Source of the DNA: Actinomycetota bacterium | GTDB lineage: Bacteria > Actinomycetota > Actinomycetes > S36-B12 | Assembly: GCA_017856385.1 (NCBI GenBank) | Contig: JAFMFD010000008.1 | Span: forward strand, 506-64,505 | Direction of reading: 5' to 3' | DNA length: 64,000 nt | In this document: positions 45,410 through 55,099 of the stretch, one piece after another | Numbering within the stretch: the first letter of the stretch is position 1 | How the letters are laid out: each line of letters opens with the position of its first letter | Position numbers and translations under genes: made by a program | The notes under the pieces: generated by a model | What the model was told of the DNA's origin: nothing | What the model saw: the letters and a program-made list of their open reading frames with translations, nothing else | The model's database searches: none

Positions 45410-48066
45410 GCCGCTGGGCGGTGCGCCACCCGGTATGGGCACTGCTGGCATGGCTGCTCGTCCTTGTCGGCATCGGCGCCGGCGCCGCGGCGTTCCCGGG
45501 GACCTACAACGACAGCTTCGCCCTGCCGGGTGCGTCGTCGACCACGGCGCAGAACCTGCTGCAGTCCCTGGAGAAGGGGCCCGCGACCACCTCGTCTGTC
45601 ACGGTCGTGTGGCAGGAGCGCAACGAGGAGGTCACGTCCAAGAGGACCCGGGCGGCGATCGACCCGATGCTGGAGAGGCTCTCGAAGCTGCCGTTCACGA
45701 AGTGCGTCGAGGGCCCCTACGGCAGGAACTACGGACGTGACTGCAGCAAGGCGTTGCCCATGGATCTTCGTGCCGCGGCCCGCACGGCGATCGCGCAGGC
45801 GCTGTCGAGGGCGACCGGGCTCGATTCCGCACAGCTGACCGAGGCGGCTAATCTCATCGACCGGCTCGAGCCGCTGGAGAAGGCCGACCCCCAGCGCCTG
45901 GCGGCCCTGGCCAAAGCGCTCCCCGGGCTGGCGAAGGTCGCCGCCGCTCCGCCCGAGCTGCTCTCGGGGCTGGCGTCGCTCACCCCGAAGGAGCTCGGCC
46001 GGATCCCGGGCGTGACGTCCTCCGACGCGACGGCCATAACAGCGGCCTTCACCGCGGTCGATGACCTGGCGCGGATCCCGGACGACACCCGCAGCGCACT
46101 GGCTTCCGCGAATCCCGAGCACCTTGCGGCCCTCGCCGGTGCCCTGCCCGCCGACGTCACCAAGGCCCGTCAGGCGCTCGCCCAGGTCGAGGACGGCATC
46201 GATGCCGTCGTGAAGGCGGCCGGTGCGACCCAGAGGGCGATCTCGCCGATCTCACCCGACCGGAAGGTGGCGTACGCCACGGTGACGTTCTCGCACCCGA
46301 CGCTGTCGGTCGCAGAGTCCGACCGAGTTGTCGCAATCGTCGAGGAGGCGCGCAGCGCCGACCTGCGCATCGGTGCGTCAGGAGCGGCGATCGACGCGGC
46401 AGGCGGCGGCCCGGACAACTCCGAGGCCATCGGGCTGCTCGTCGCGATCATCATCCTCGCGATCGCGTTCGGATCGCTGATCGCCGCCGGGCTGCCGATC
46501 GTCGTCGCCCTCACCGGGCTCGTCGCGGGGCAGATGCTCGTGCTCGTCGTCGCACGGTTCGCCGACGTCGCGTCCTTCGCCCCCACCCTTGCGGCGATGA
46601 TCGGGCTCGGCGTCGGCATCGACTACGGCCTGTTCATCCTCAACCGGTTCACGCAGGGGCTGCGGTCCGGGAGCACTCCGCGCGACGCCGCCCTGACAGC
46701 CGTCGGCACAGCGGGCAAGGCGGTCGCCTTCGCGGGCAGCACCGTCATCGTGGCCCTGCTGGGCATGTTCGTACTGCGGATCGAGTTCTTCAACGGGCTC
46801 GCGCTCGCCGCGGCACTGACGGTGCTGATGGTGATGCTCTCGGCACTGTGGATGCTGCCGGCACTCCTGTCACTGCTCGGTGCACGATCGCTGGGCCTGC
46901 GCCTTCCCTGGGCGCGTCACCCGCGTGCTTTCGACCCGACGAGGTCCCGCTGGAACGCCTACGGCCGGGTGCTGCAGAAGGCCCCCGTCGTGTGGGCGCT
47001 TCTCGCGCTCATCGTGATCGCCGTGCTGGCTTGGCCCGCCCGTTCGATGACGCTCGGCTTCCCCGATGACGGGTCGAATGCCCCCGGCAGCGTGTCCCGC
47101 GAGGGGTTCGACTTGATGGCCGCAGGATTCGGCGAGGGGGTCAACGGGCCGTTCTTCATCGCACTGGAGACCGACAAGCCGCGTGACATGGCCGCGCTCG
47201 CGGCCGCCGTGAAGGACCTTGAGCGCACCCCCGGCGTCGCCGAGACCATCCCGTCGTCGGGAATGCTGCCGCTCGTCAAGCACGACAAGGCGATCTTCGG
47301 GGGCAAGGACGACCGTGTCACCAGCATCATCGTCCACCCGAAGACCTCACCCACCGACGAGCGCACGACCGACCTGCTCACGACGATCCGCGACACCACG
47401 GCACCCAGGGTCGAGAAGGCGACCAAGGCACGCATCTACGTGGGCGGGACGCAGGCGGTCTCCGAGGACTTCACCACGGTGCTGCAGGCCGCGCTCCCGG
47501 TGTTCCTGCTGCTCGTGATCGGCCTGGGCTTCCTGGCGCTGATGCTGCTGTTCCACTCGCTGGTCATCCCGTTGACGGCGGCTATCACCAGCCTGCTGAG
47601 CTTCGCCGGTGCGCTCGGCGTCACTGTGGCGATCTTCCAGCTCGGCATCGCCGACTCGCTGCTGGGCGTGACGGGAACCGGGCCGATCCTGCCCTTCCTG
47701 CCGATCATGGTGTTCGCCATCCTGTTCGGCCTGTCGATGGACTACCAGGTGTTCCTCGTCTCGCGCATGCGCGAGGCCTGGCAGGCCAGTCCGGACAATC
47801 GCGAGGCGGTCCGCCTCGGACTCGCCGGATCCGGACGCGTCGTCGTCGTGGCTGCGACGATCATGACCAGCGTGTTCCTGTCCTTCGTGCCCACGCCGAA
47901 CGACACCATCAAACTCTTCGGCGTGGCACTGGCGTCGGCCGTGCTCATCGACGCCTTCATCGTGCGGCTGGTGCTCGTGCCCTCGCTGATGAGCCTGCTC
48001 GGCCGGTCCAACTGGTGGATGCCCCGCTGGCTGTCACGGGTGCTGCCGACGATCCGCCTGGAGTAG
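45406..48066 (+). CDS. MMPL-family (RND superfamily) transporter
   Basis: ATGA overlap with the upstream gene. Two 6-TM bundles (GIDYGLFIL, SMDYQVFLVSRM) and a large periplasmic domain. Confidence 0.85.
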   Translation: MSRWAVRHPVWALLAWLLVLVGIGAGAAAFPGTYNDSFALPGASSTTAQNLLQSLEKGPATTSSVTVVWQERNEEVTSKRTRAAIDPMLERLSKLPFTKCVEGPYGRNYGRDCSKALPMDLRAAARTAIAQALSRATGLDSAQLTEAANLIDRLEPLEKADPQRLAALAKALPGLAKVAAAPPELLSGLASLTPKELGRIPGVTSSDATAITAAFTAVDDLARIPDDTRSALASANPEHLAALAGALPADVTKARQALAQVEDGIDAVVKAAGATQRAISPISPDRKVAYATVTFSHPTLSVAESDRVVAIVEEARSADLRIGASGAAIDAAGGGPDNSEAIGLLVAIIILAIAFGSLIAAGLPIVVALTGLVAGQMLVLVVARFADVASFAPTLAAMIGLGVGIDYGLFILNRFTQGLRSGSTPRDAALTAVGTAGKAVAFAGSTVIVALLGMFVLRIEFFNGLALAAALTVLMVMLSALWMLPALLSLLGARSLGLRLPWARHPRAFDPTRSRWNAYGRVLQKAPVVWALLALIVIAVLAWPARSMTLGFPDDGSNAPGSVSREGFDLMAAGFGEGVNGPFFIALETDKPRDMAALAAAVKDLERTPGVAETIPSSGMLPLVKHDKAIFGGKDDRVTSIIVHPKTSPTDERTTDLLTTIRDTTAPRVEKATKARIYVGGTQAVSEDFTTVLQAALPVFLLLVIGLGFLALMLLFHSLVIPLTAAITSLLSFAGALGVTVAIFQLGIADSLLGVTGTGPILPFLPIMVFAILFGLSMDYQVFLVSRMREAWQASPDNREAVRLGLAGSGRVVVVAATIMTSVFLSFVPTPNDTIKLFGVALASAVLIDAFIVRLVLVPSLMSLLGRSNWWMPRWLSRVLPTIRLE

Positions 48067-48109
48067 CGGGCGGCGCAGGATCCCCGGCCTCGATCCGGGC
48101 TGCCCGCTA

Positions 48110-48162
48110 CTCCTGCAGTTGGCGTCACAAGTGACTGTGCGGTGTGACGCGAACTGCAGGAG
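48110..48162. repeat. palindromic REP-like element, copy A
   Basis: CTCCTGCAGTTGGCGTCACA - 13 nt - TGTGACGCGAACTGCAGGAG (19/20 complementary). Lies in the convergent gap between the MMPL and dsbB-like genes. Confidence 0.85.
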
Positions 48163-48180
48163 TCGCGGTGGCAGGCGGGA

Positions 48181-48849
48181 TCAGCGGCGCGAGCGACGAC
48201 TGCGGCGACTGTCGATGACGAGGGCCGTGATGAGGGCCACGACCCCCGTGGCGAGGACGAAGATCCATCCGCCGATGTCGCCGAAGCCGGTGATGTTCGG
48301 GGGATCGTCCGGGCACATCCCGAGCCCGCACTCGGGGATGACCGTCACCATGATGACGACGAGGTCGAGGGTGACCCAGGCGATGCAGGTGAGCGCCAGC
48401 ACCCGCATCGCCCTTGTGTCGGACAGGACCCCGCGGTCCTCGACGGTGAAGGGCCGGTTCCAGATCAGGAGCACCGCGATGCCGACGATGGCGATCACGA
48501 AGGTGATGAAGGCCCAGGTGTAGAGGTGCCAGCCGAGAATGGCGGGTCCGTATCCCGTCCCCATCGGGTCGTTGATGTGCAGCAGGATCTGCCGGATGGA
48601 CCCCGCGGAGCCTGCGACTGCGGCCAGGATGCTCACGGCGTAGTGCGCCGGTTTCATGCCCCACAGCAGGTTCATGATCGGCCCGACCGCAAGTCCGATC
48701 ATGGCGGAGCGCTGGACGAGGCACAGGGGGCAGGGCTGCTCGCCGACGCCGACCTGCAGGTGGATGGATCCCGCGAGCACCCCGATGAGGGCGAACAGCG
48801 CGATGATGTTGATGAGTCGGGCGATCCGCGTCGCCTGCGCGTCGGTCAT
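48181..48849 (-). CDS. DsbB/BdbC-family disulfide bond formation protein
   Basis: CPLCLVQR first Cys pair, second pair in PECGLGMC, 4+ TM helices. Confidence 0.75.
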   Translation of the reverse strand: MTDAQATRIARLINIIALFALIGVLAGSIHLQVGVGEQPCPLCLVQRSAMIGLAVGPIMNLLWGMKPAHYAVSILAAVAGSAGSIRQILLHINDPMGTGYGPAILGWHLYTWAFITFVIAIVGIAVLLIWNRPFTVEDRGVLSDTRAMRVLALTCIAWVTLDLVVIMVTVIPECGLGMCPDDPPNITGFGDIGGWIFVLATGVVALITALVIDSRRSRRSRR

Positions 48850-48864
48850 GTCGTCAGCCTCGCG

Positions 48865-49017
48865 CTAGAAGTTGAGCGGGATCGGGTCGGTCATGTGGGG
48901 CCGCAGCAGCACGACGGTCCAGATGATGGTGACGAGGGAGACGGGGATGACCCAGCGGCGGCGGACGAAGATCCCCACGAAGACGATGGTCCACAGGACG
49001 AACATCGACAGCATCAT
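48865..49017 (-). CDS. small membrane protein (about 50 aa, weak call)
   Basis: MMLSMFVLWTIVFVGIFVRRRWVIPVSLVTIIWTVVLL, two TM helices, directly upstream of the dsbB-like gene. Confidence 0.35.
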   Translation of the reverse strand: MMLSMFVLWTIVFVGIFVRRRWVIPVSLVTIIWTVVLLRPHMTDPIPLNF

Positions 49018-49085
49018 GCGAGCACAGTAGCCACGCTCGAGCCCGTGCGGGTGCGGCGCCGCGAAACGTTCGCCACGATGGGGGA

Positions 49086-49913
49086 GTGGGATCCCCAGCC
49101 GTGTCGCCACTCGCCGAGCTGATCGCCGCCGGAGGCGTGCTCGTCCTCAGCGGCGCCGGCATGTCCACCGACTCCGGCATCCCGGACTACCGCGGCCCCT
49201 CGGGTGCGTCACTGCGTCGTCACGCCCCGATGACCTACCGGGAGTTCACTTCCGAGCCGTCCGCCCGCCACCGCTACTGGGCGCGCAGTCACGCTGGCTG
49301 GCCGCTGATGCGACGGGCCGAGCCCAATGCGGGGCATCGCGCAGTGGCCCGCCTGCAGGACCGCGGCCTCGTCGACGCCGTCATCACCCAGAACGTCGAC
49401 GGGCTGCACCAGCTGGCCGGGTCGGCCGGTGTCATCGACCTGCACGGGCGCCTCGATCGCGTTGCGTGCCTGGATTGCGCGACGGTGGTCCCGCGGGCCG
49501 CCGTCGAGGAGCGGCTGCTGGCGGCGAATACCGGCTGGTCCGCCACCGCAGGCGCCCACAACCCCGACGGCGACGTGGAGCTCACCGACGAGCAGGTCCA
49601 GCAGTTCCGGATGGTCGACTGCGAGCGCTGCGGAGGCCCGCTGAAGCCCGACGTCGTGTACTTCGGGGAGTCCGTCCCCCGTGATCGCGTGGCCGAGTCC
49701 TATGCACTCGTGCAGCGGGCACGGAGCGTGGTCGTGCTGGGCTCGTCGCTGCACGTCTACTCGGGGCGTCGCTTCGTGCAGGCGGCCGCGGACCGCGGCA
49801 TCCCGATCGCGATCGTCAACCGCGGTGCGACCCGCGCGGAGCACCTCGCCAGTATCCGGCTCGACATGGGCATCGCCCAGGCGCTGGCAGCGTGCGACGG
49901 TGTGCCAGCATGA
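49086..49913 (+). CDS. NAD-dependent protein deacylase (Sir2 family)
   Basis: GAGMSTDSGIPDYRG, QNVDGLH, zinc site CLDC...CERCGG, KPDVVYFGE. Confidence 0.85.
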   Translation: MGSPAVSPLAELIAAGGVLVLSGAGMSTDSGIPDYRGPSGASLRRHAPMTYREFTSEPSARHRYWARSHAGWPLMRRAEPNAGHRAVARLQDRGLVDAVITQNVDGLHQLAGSAGVIDLHGRLDRVACLDCATVVPRAAVEERLLAANTGWSATAGAHNPDGDVELTDEQVQQFRMVDCERCGGPLKPDVVYFGESVPRDRVAESYALVQRARSVVVLGSSLHVYSGRRFVQAAADRGIPIAIVNRGATRAEHLASIRLDMGIAQALAACDGVPA

Positions 49914-50710
49914 CGGCCATGAGCATCCTGGACCTCTTCCGCGTCGACGACCGCGTCGCCGTCGTCACCGGCTCCGGCCGCGGCATCGGCCGGGGGATCG
50001 CGATCGCGCTTGCGGAGGCGGGCGCCGATGTCGTCGTCACGAGCCGACGCGCCGACGACGTGGCCGAGGTCGCCGAGCAGGTCCGCGCCCGCGGGCGTCG
50101 CGCCGTCGAGCTCCCCGGCGACCTGCGCGACCCGCAGGTACGCGTCGGGCTCGCCGAGGCGGCGGTCGCCGAGTTCGGGCATCTGGACATCTGGGTGAAC
50201 AACGCCGGGGGCACCGACGACGCGCACGTCAAGCCGATGACGGAGGTCACCGACGACGAGCTGCGCGACATGCTCGAGCTGAACCTGATCGCTGCAGGTG
50301 CCTGCTCGCGCGAGGCGGCGCTGCGCATGCACTCCGGCGGTGCGATCGTGAACGTCTCGTCGGGTGCAGGCATGCGGGCGGCCCCGAACACGGCCGCGTA
50401 CGCGGCGTCGAAGGCGGCGCTGCTCAACCTCACGCAGACGATGGCGGCCGAGCTGGCCCCGCGCAGCATCCGCGTGAACGCGATCTCCCCGGGCATGGTC
50501 CCGACCGATTCGTTCCACCGGGTGCTGCAGTTCACCGAGGCCGATCACGCAGCCCTGATCCGCACCGTCCCGCTCGGCCGCCTCGGGACGCCTGAGGACA
50601 TGGCCGCTGCGGTGCTGTACTTCGCCTCGCCGGCGTCCGGCTGGGTGACCGGCCAGAACCTGCTCATCGGCGGTGGCCGTGACGGCGGCAAGTCCGTCGA
50701 GCATCGCTGA
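49910..50710 (+). CDS. SDR-family oxidoreductase
   Basis: ATGA overlap with the sir2-like gene. TGSGRGIGRGIA, NNAG, YAASKAA. Confidence 0.85.
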   Translation: MTAMSILDLFRVDDRVAVVTGSGRGIGRGIAIALAEAGADVVVTSRRADDVAEVAEQVRARGRRAVELPGDLRDPQVRVGLAEAAVAEFGHLDIWVNNAGGTDDAHVKPMTEVTDDELRDMLELNLIAAGACSREAALRMHSGGAIVNVSSGAGMRAAPNTAAYAASKAALLNLTQTMAAELAPRSIRVNAISPGMVPTDSFHRVLQFTEADHAALIRTVPLGRLGTPEDMAAAVLYFASPASGWVTGQNLLIGGGRDGGKSVEHR

Positions 50711-50736
50711 CGCAGCCCGCCGGGATGCGATCCAAT

Positions 50737-50788
50737 TCCTGCAGTTGGCGTCACAATCCACGCGCTGGTGTGACGCGAAGTGCAGGAG
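50737..50788. repeat. palindromic REP-like element, copy B
   Basis: TCCTGCAGTTGGCGTCACAA - about 12 nt - GGTGTGACGCGAAGTGCAGGAG. Lies in the convergent gap between the SDR and HAD genes. Confidence 0.85.
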
Positions 50789-50817
50789 TAGCGCCGGATC
50801 GTCCGTCGGCGCGGGCG

Positions 50818-51624
50818 TCAGCGGTAGAGCTGGTCCAGCACCTGGACGACGCCCTCGCCGGGCTCCGCGCCGGTCACGTGGTCCGCGAGGTCGCGGATCG
50901 CCGGGCGCGCCGATCCCATCGCTACGGCGTACCCGGCCCACTGGAGCATCTCCGCGTCGTTCATCGAGTCGCCGATCGCGAGCACGTCGGAGCTGTCGAT
51001 CCCCAGTCGTGCGCACAGCTCGGCAAGGCCGGTCGCCTTGTTGACGCCGAGGATGCCGAGGTCCAGCCAGGCGACGTCCGTCACGCCGAAGCTCAACGAG
51101 TAGTCGGCATAGTGCCGCGCGACTGATCCGAGGCCCTCGGCGACGTGGCCTTCGCTTCGCACGATGACCCGGACCACAGGGTCGGCGCCGAGCTCCTGCC
51201 AGCTGACCTCGCGGATGTCAAAGGAGACGCCCCGGTCGACGAAGTGCCGGGAGGTCAGGAAGACGCCGTCTGTCCTCTCGACGGCGATCGTTGCATCCGG
51301 CAGGCGGGCCGCGAGGTCGTCGAGCAGCGTCGAGGCCTCGAAGGTGAGTGCATGAACGACCTCCTCCGGGTCGATCCGCACGAGCATTGCCCCGTTGCTG
51401 ACGATCGCGTACTCGTGCATGCCAGCCTCGCGGGCCACGAAGCCCGTCGTCGACAGCGAGCGGCCCGTCGCCGCGACGACGTGCGCGCCTGCGTCAGTCA
51501 CGCGCTGCACGGCCTCGGCGACTCCCGCCGCAATCCCCGCACTCTGGTGCACGAGGGTGCCGTCGAGATCGACCGCGACCAGTCGAGGGGTTCGCCCCCA
51601 CAGGCCGTCGACGCGTGAGGTCAT
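50818..51624 (-). CDS. Cof-type HAD-IIB hydrolase
   Basis: VAVDLDGTLV, GDSMNDAEML. Confidence 0.85.
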   Translation of the reverse strand: MTSRVDGLWGRTPRLVAVDLDGTLVHQSAGIAAGVAEAVQRVTDAGAHVVAATGRSLSTTGFVAREAGMHEYAIVSNGAMLVRIDPEEVVHALTFEASTLLDDLAARLPDATIAVERTDGVFLTSRHFVDRGVSFDIREVSWQELGADPVVRVIVRSEGHVAEGLGSVARHYADYSLSFGVTDVAWLDLGILGVNKATGLAELCARLGIDSSDVLAIGDSMNDAEMLQWAGYAVAMGSARPAIRDLADHVTGAEPGEGVVQVLDQLYR

Positions 51625-53126
51625 ACGCGGGCCATGGCGGCAGCGTGCGCACCCGCGCGCCGGCCGAACAGCGACCCGCCGGCCAGGCTCATGCCGCTGG
51701 CATACTCGTCGCCGTCCTGGGCCAGGTGGCTGGTGCAGGCGCCGGCCGCGTACAGGCCGGGCACGGCTGTGCCGTCCTCGCGAAGGGCCCGCCCGTCGGC
51801 GTCGGTGGCCAGGCCGCCCAGCGACATCCAGTGGTAGTCCGATCTGGGGATGGAGATCTCGAACACCGCGTACGGGGGCTGCAACTGCTTGAGCCAGTCG
51901 GCGTGCTTGTGGAACTCGGCGTCGGCGCCATCGGCGATGTTCCCGTTGTACTCCGCGAGGGTCTGCGCGAGCGCCCCGTCGGGCATCCCGAGCGCAGCTT
52001 CCATCTCCGACACGGTCTCGAACGCGTCGATGAACGTGTGGGAGCCGTGCTTGGGGTAGCCGAAGATCTCCTCGTCCAGGATGAGGAAGGCCTTCGCGTC
52101 AGGCTGTCGAGCGATGTGGTGGGCCATGCGCCCGTGGTAGACGTCCTCGGCCACGAACCTGCGGCCCTGCGCGTTCACGACGATGCCCTTGATCAGGTCC
52201 TCGGGCGGGTAGATCGATGCCGTGGCCACCAGGCCGTGCATACCGCGCTCGGCGACGCCGACCGTGCGGCCAAGCATGAGCCCGGCACCGTCATTCGTCG
52301 GCTCACCCAGTGGCTTGCCGTAGGCCGAGAACAGCGGCATGTTCACGGAGGTCACGTCATCGTTGAGGTTGAAGCTGCCGGCAGCGAGGACCACGCCGCT
52401 GCGCGCCTGAACGTACGAGTCGACTCCGTCCTTGCGCACCTTGACGCCGACTACGCGACCACCGTTGTCCTGCACGAGGGCGATCACATTGGCCTCGCAG
52501 ACGACGGGAATCTGCTCCTGCGCCACCCGCCCGAGGATGGCGGTCATCGCGACATGGCCGCCACTGATGTCGCCGTCGCCCGACACCTGATGCCCGCGCG
52601 CGGCGGGACGCGCCTGCTCGCGGAACGGCCACACCTTCTCGTTGCCGGTCGAGAGCAGCCCCTCTCCGGTGCGCGTGTACACGGCCTTCTGGCGGTACGC
52701 CTCGCGCGCGAACGGCACCCCGAGCTCCTCGAGCCAGTCGAACTGCTCGACGCTGCCCTCGCAGAAGACGCGGAGCTTGTCGTCCTCGTCGGTCGTCGTG
52801 ACGGCGCGCAGGAACCGGTACATCTCTTCGGGCGAGTCCTCGTACCCGCACGCCTGCTGCACTGCGGTGCCGCCGCCGAGGTAGAACTGCCCCTGCGACA
52901 GCGCGCTGGCGCCGCCGCCCGCACTGGCCCGCTCCAGCACGAGGACCTCGGCCCCGGCGCGCTGGGCCTCGAGGGCGGCACTGGCCCCGGCGATGCCGAG
53001 GCCGATGATCACGACGTCCGCGGTGCGGCTCCACTCGGCGACGTCGTCGGCCGACACGGGCCCCTCGATGATCGGCACGACCGCCCCCTCGTTGGATGTG
53101 TGGACGTCATAGTAGAGGGCGTCCAA
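51621..53126 (-). CDS. FAD-dependent oxidoreductase (KstD / fumarate-reductase flavoprotein-like)
   Basis: DVVIIGLGIAGASAALEA dinucleotide fold. C-terminal GLYAAGACT. Confidence 0.8.
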   Translation of the reverse strand: MDALYYDVHTSNEGAVVPIIEGPVSADDVAEWSRTADVVIIGLGIAGASAALEAQRAGAEVLVLERASAGGGASALSQGQFYLGGGTAVQQACGYEDSPEEMYRFLRAVTTTDEDDKLRVFCEGSVEQFDWLEELGVPFAREAYRQKAVYTRTGEGLLSTGNEKVWPFREQARPAARGHQVSGDGDISGGHVAMTAILGRVAQEQIPVVCEANVIALVQDNGGRVVGVKVRKDGVDSYVQARSGVVLAAGSFNLNDDVTSVNMPLFSAYGKPLGEPTNDGAGLMLGRTVGVAERGMHGLVATASIYPPEDLIKGIVVNAQGRRFVAEDVYHGRMAHHIARQPDAKAFLILDEEIFGYPKHGSHTFIDAFETVSEMEAALGMPDGALAQTLAEYNGNIADGADAEFHKHADWLKQLQPPYAVFEISIPRSDYHWMSLGGLATDADGRALREDGTAVPGLYAAGACTSHLAQDGDEYASGMSLAGGSLFGRRAGAHAAAMARV

Positions 53127-53150
53127 GCACCGGTGGGGCGGGTGCCGCGA

Positions 53151-54038
53151 TCAGGTGATCGACGCGTCGTAGATGCTCTGGATCGTGGCGTCGAGGGTGG
53201 CGTTGAACTGCTCTTCGGACTGCTGGGCCGAGAGCCCCTCGGTCAGTGCCCGCGAGAACGACGCGATCACACCGTGGTTGGCGCGCAGCAGCGCGTCCGC
53301 CTCCTGCCGGGAGTAACCCCCCGACAGCGCGACGACGCGGAGCACCCGGGGATGGGCGACGAGATCGGCGTAGAAGTCCGCAGTGCTCGGCAGCGTGAGT
53401 TTGAGCATCACCTGCCGGCCCTCCGGGATCGACTCGAGGTGCTGCAGCAGTGACGCCTTGAGGAGGTCCTCGGCCTGCTGCTTCTGCGGGCTGTGGATGT
53501 CGACCTCGGGCTCGATGATCGGGACGAGGCCTGCCTGCAGGATGCGACGGCCGACCTCGAACTGCTGGTCGAGGACAGCCTCCACGCCGGCGGCGTCGGC
53601 CAGGGCGATCACCGAGCGCATCTTGGTGCCGAAGACCCCGTGCTCGAGGGCCCGCTCGAGCAGTGCATCGAGGTCCGGCATCGGCTTCATCACCTGCGCA
53701 CCGTCGACCGGCTCCGCAAGCCCCTTGTCGACCTTGAGGAACGGGACGATCTGCTTGCGGGTCCACAGGTACTCGGCGGACCCCATGCCCTCGACCTGGC
53801 GCTCCATCGTCATCTCGAACAGGATCGCGCCCAAGATGCGATCACCCGTGAAGGCCGGGCTCGTCATGATCCGGGTGCGCATCTGGTGGATGAGGTCGAA
53901 CATCTCCGACTCCGAGGAGTACGCGGACTCCTCGATGCCGTACAGCCGCAGGGCCTTGGGCGTGCTGCCGCCGCTCTGGTCGAGGGCCGCGACGAAGCCG
54001 AGGCCGTCACGCATGCGCTGGTTCATCTGGGTGTTCAT
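53151..54038 (-). CDS. fda: class I fructose-bisphosphate aldolase
   Basis: Near-colinear with Gram-positive Fda: GFVAALDQSGGSTPKAL, ILGAILFE, PFLKVDKGL, FGTKMRS, PIIEPEV, VLSGGYSR. Confidence 0.9.
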   Translation of the reverse strand: MNTQMNQRMRDGLGFVAALDQSGGSTPKALRLYGIEESAYSSESEMFDLIHQMRTRIMTSPAFTGDRILGAILFEMTMERQVEGMGSAEYLWTRKQIVPFLKVDKGLAEPVDGAQVMKPMPDLDALLERALEHGVFGTKMRSVIALADAAGVEAVLDQQFEVGRRILQAGLVPIIEPEVDIHSPQKQQAEDLLKASLLQHLESIPEGRQVMLKLTLPSTADFYADLVAHPRVLRVVALSGGYSRQEADALLRANHGVIASFSRALTEGLSAQQSEEQFNATLDATIQSIYDASIT

Positions 54039-54142
54039 GGTGATCCCTCCGCTGGCACCCGCTCCGACGGGTGCGGGCGTTGCATCACGCTAGCGCGCGT
54101 GGCCGCGCTGAGGCATCCCCACAGGCGCACTACTGTGACGGC

Positions 54143-55099
54143 ATGACCGAGCAGCCGCCGCAGCCGCAGCCGACCCCCGACCTGACCACGGTCGTGGGCT
54201 ACGCGGAAGCGGCCCCACCCCCGCCGGCCGCGCCGGCAGGGCTGGCATCGCTGCGCAGCTCGGTCTCCGTCGTGCGGGCCCTCGTCATCGCGTCGCTGGC
54301 CCTGCTGCTGGTCCTCGCGCTCGGCTTCGTCCTCGGCATCGCGTCGGTCCGTACGCAGGTCGCCGACCTCTCGGCCCAGGTCTCCGCGCTGGCCGCGGCC
54401 CAGGAGCAGGCCGTTGCCGCGGCAGTCCAGCAGCAGGCCGCGGCTGGCCAGCAGCCCGCCGAACAGCCCGCGGCCGAGCCAGAGCGACCCACGATCCAGA
54501 GCACGGCGCCGACCCTGCCGGAGGGGACGGTCCTGCCGGGCGGGGCGGACCAGGCCGGGGCGATCCTCATCGGGAGCCCGAACGCCGCCAACGTCGTCGA
54601 GGTCTACGTCGACTACCAGTGCCCCTACTGCCAGCGGTGGGAGGCCGATATCGGGGCCGCCCTGGCGGCCCGGGCACTCGACCCGGCCGCGGACCTGCTC
54701 GTCAAGCAGTACAACCTCGCCTTCCTGGGCGAGACGAGCCCGACGCTGGACCCGCCCGGCGCCTCGGCGCGCGCGGCGAGCGCGGCCGCGTGCGTCCTGG
54801 AGGGGGAGGGTGCCGAGGTCTTCGTCGCCTTCAACACCCGTGTGTTCGCGAGCGCGGACCCTGCCGAGCCGGCGTCCCAGTTCGCGACCCCGGTGATGGC
54901 TGAGCTCGCCCGCGCCGTCGGCGCGGCCGATGCCACCGTCGCGTGCATCGAGGAGGAGCGCCACGTGCCCTTCGTGGCGATCTCGACGCAGGCGGGCTTC
55001 AGTCGCGGGGTCGGCGGCACCCCGACCGTCCTGCTGAACGGTGAGGCCGTCGACAACGCCTTCGAGGACCCGCGGCTGCTGGACCTGCTGCGCGGATGA
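54143..55099 (+). CDS. membrane-anchored DsbA-family thiol:disulfide oxidoreductase
   Basis: ATG 54143. TM helix. VDYQCPYCQRWE CxxC motif. Confidence 0.8.
   Translation: MTEQPPQPQPTPDLTTVVGYAEAAPPPPAAPAGLASLRSSVSVVRALVIASLALLLVLALGFVLGIASVRTQVADLSAQVSALAAAQEQAVAAAVQQQAAAGQQPAEQPAAEPERPTIQSTAPTLPEGTVLPGGADQAGAILIGSPNAANVVEVYVDYQCPYCQRWEADIGAALAARALDPAADLLVKQYNLAFLGETSPTLDPPGASARAASAAACVLEGEGAEVFVAFNTRVFASADPAEPASQFATPVMAELARAVGAADATVACIEEERHVPFVAISTQAGFSRGVGGTPTVLLNGEAVDNAFEDPRLLDLLRG

Noticed and set aside
48119-48523. ORFs 48119..48523+ and 50725..51126+ that begin inside the two REP-like elements
   Set aside because: Their shared N-terminal similarity is just the translated repeat. The remainder is antisense to the dsbB-like and HAD genes.
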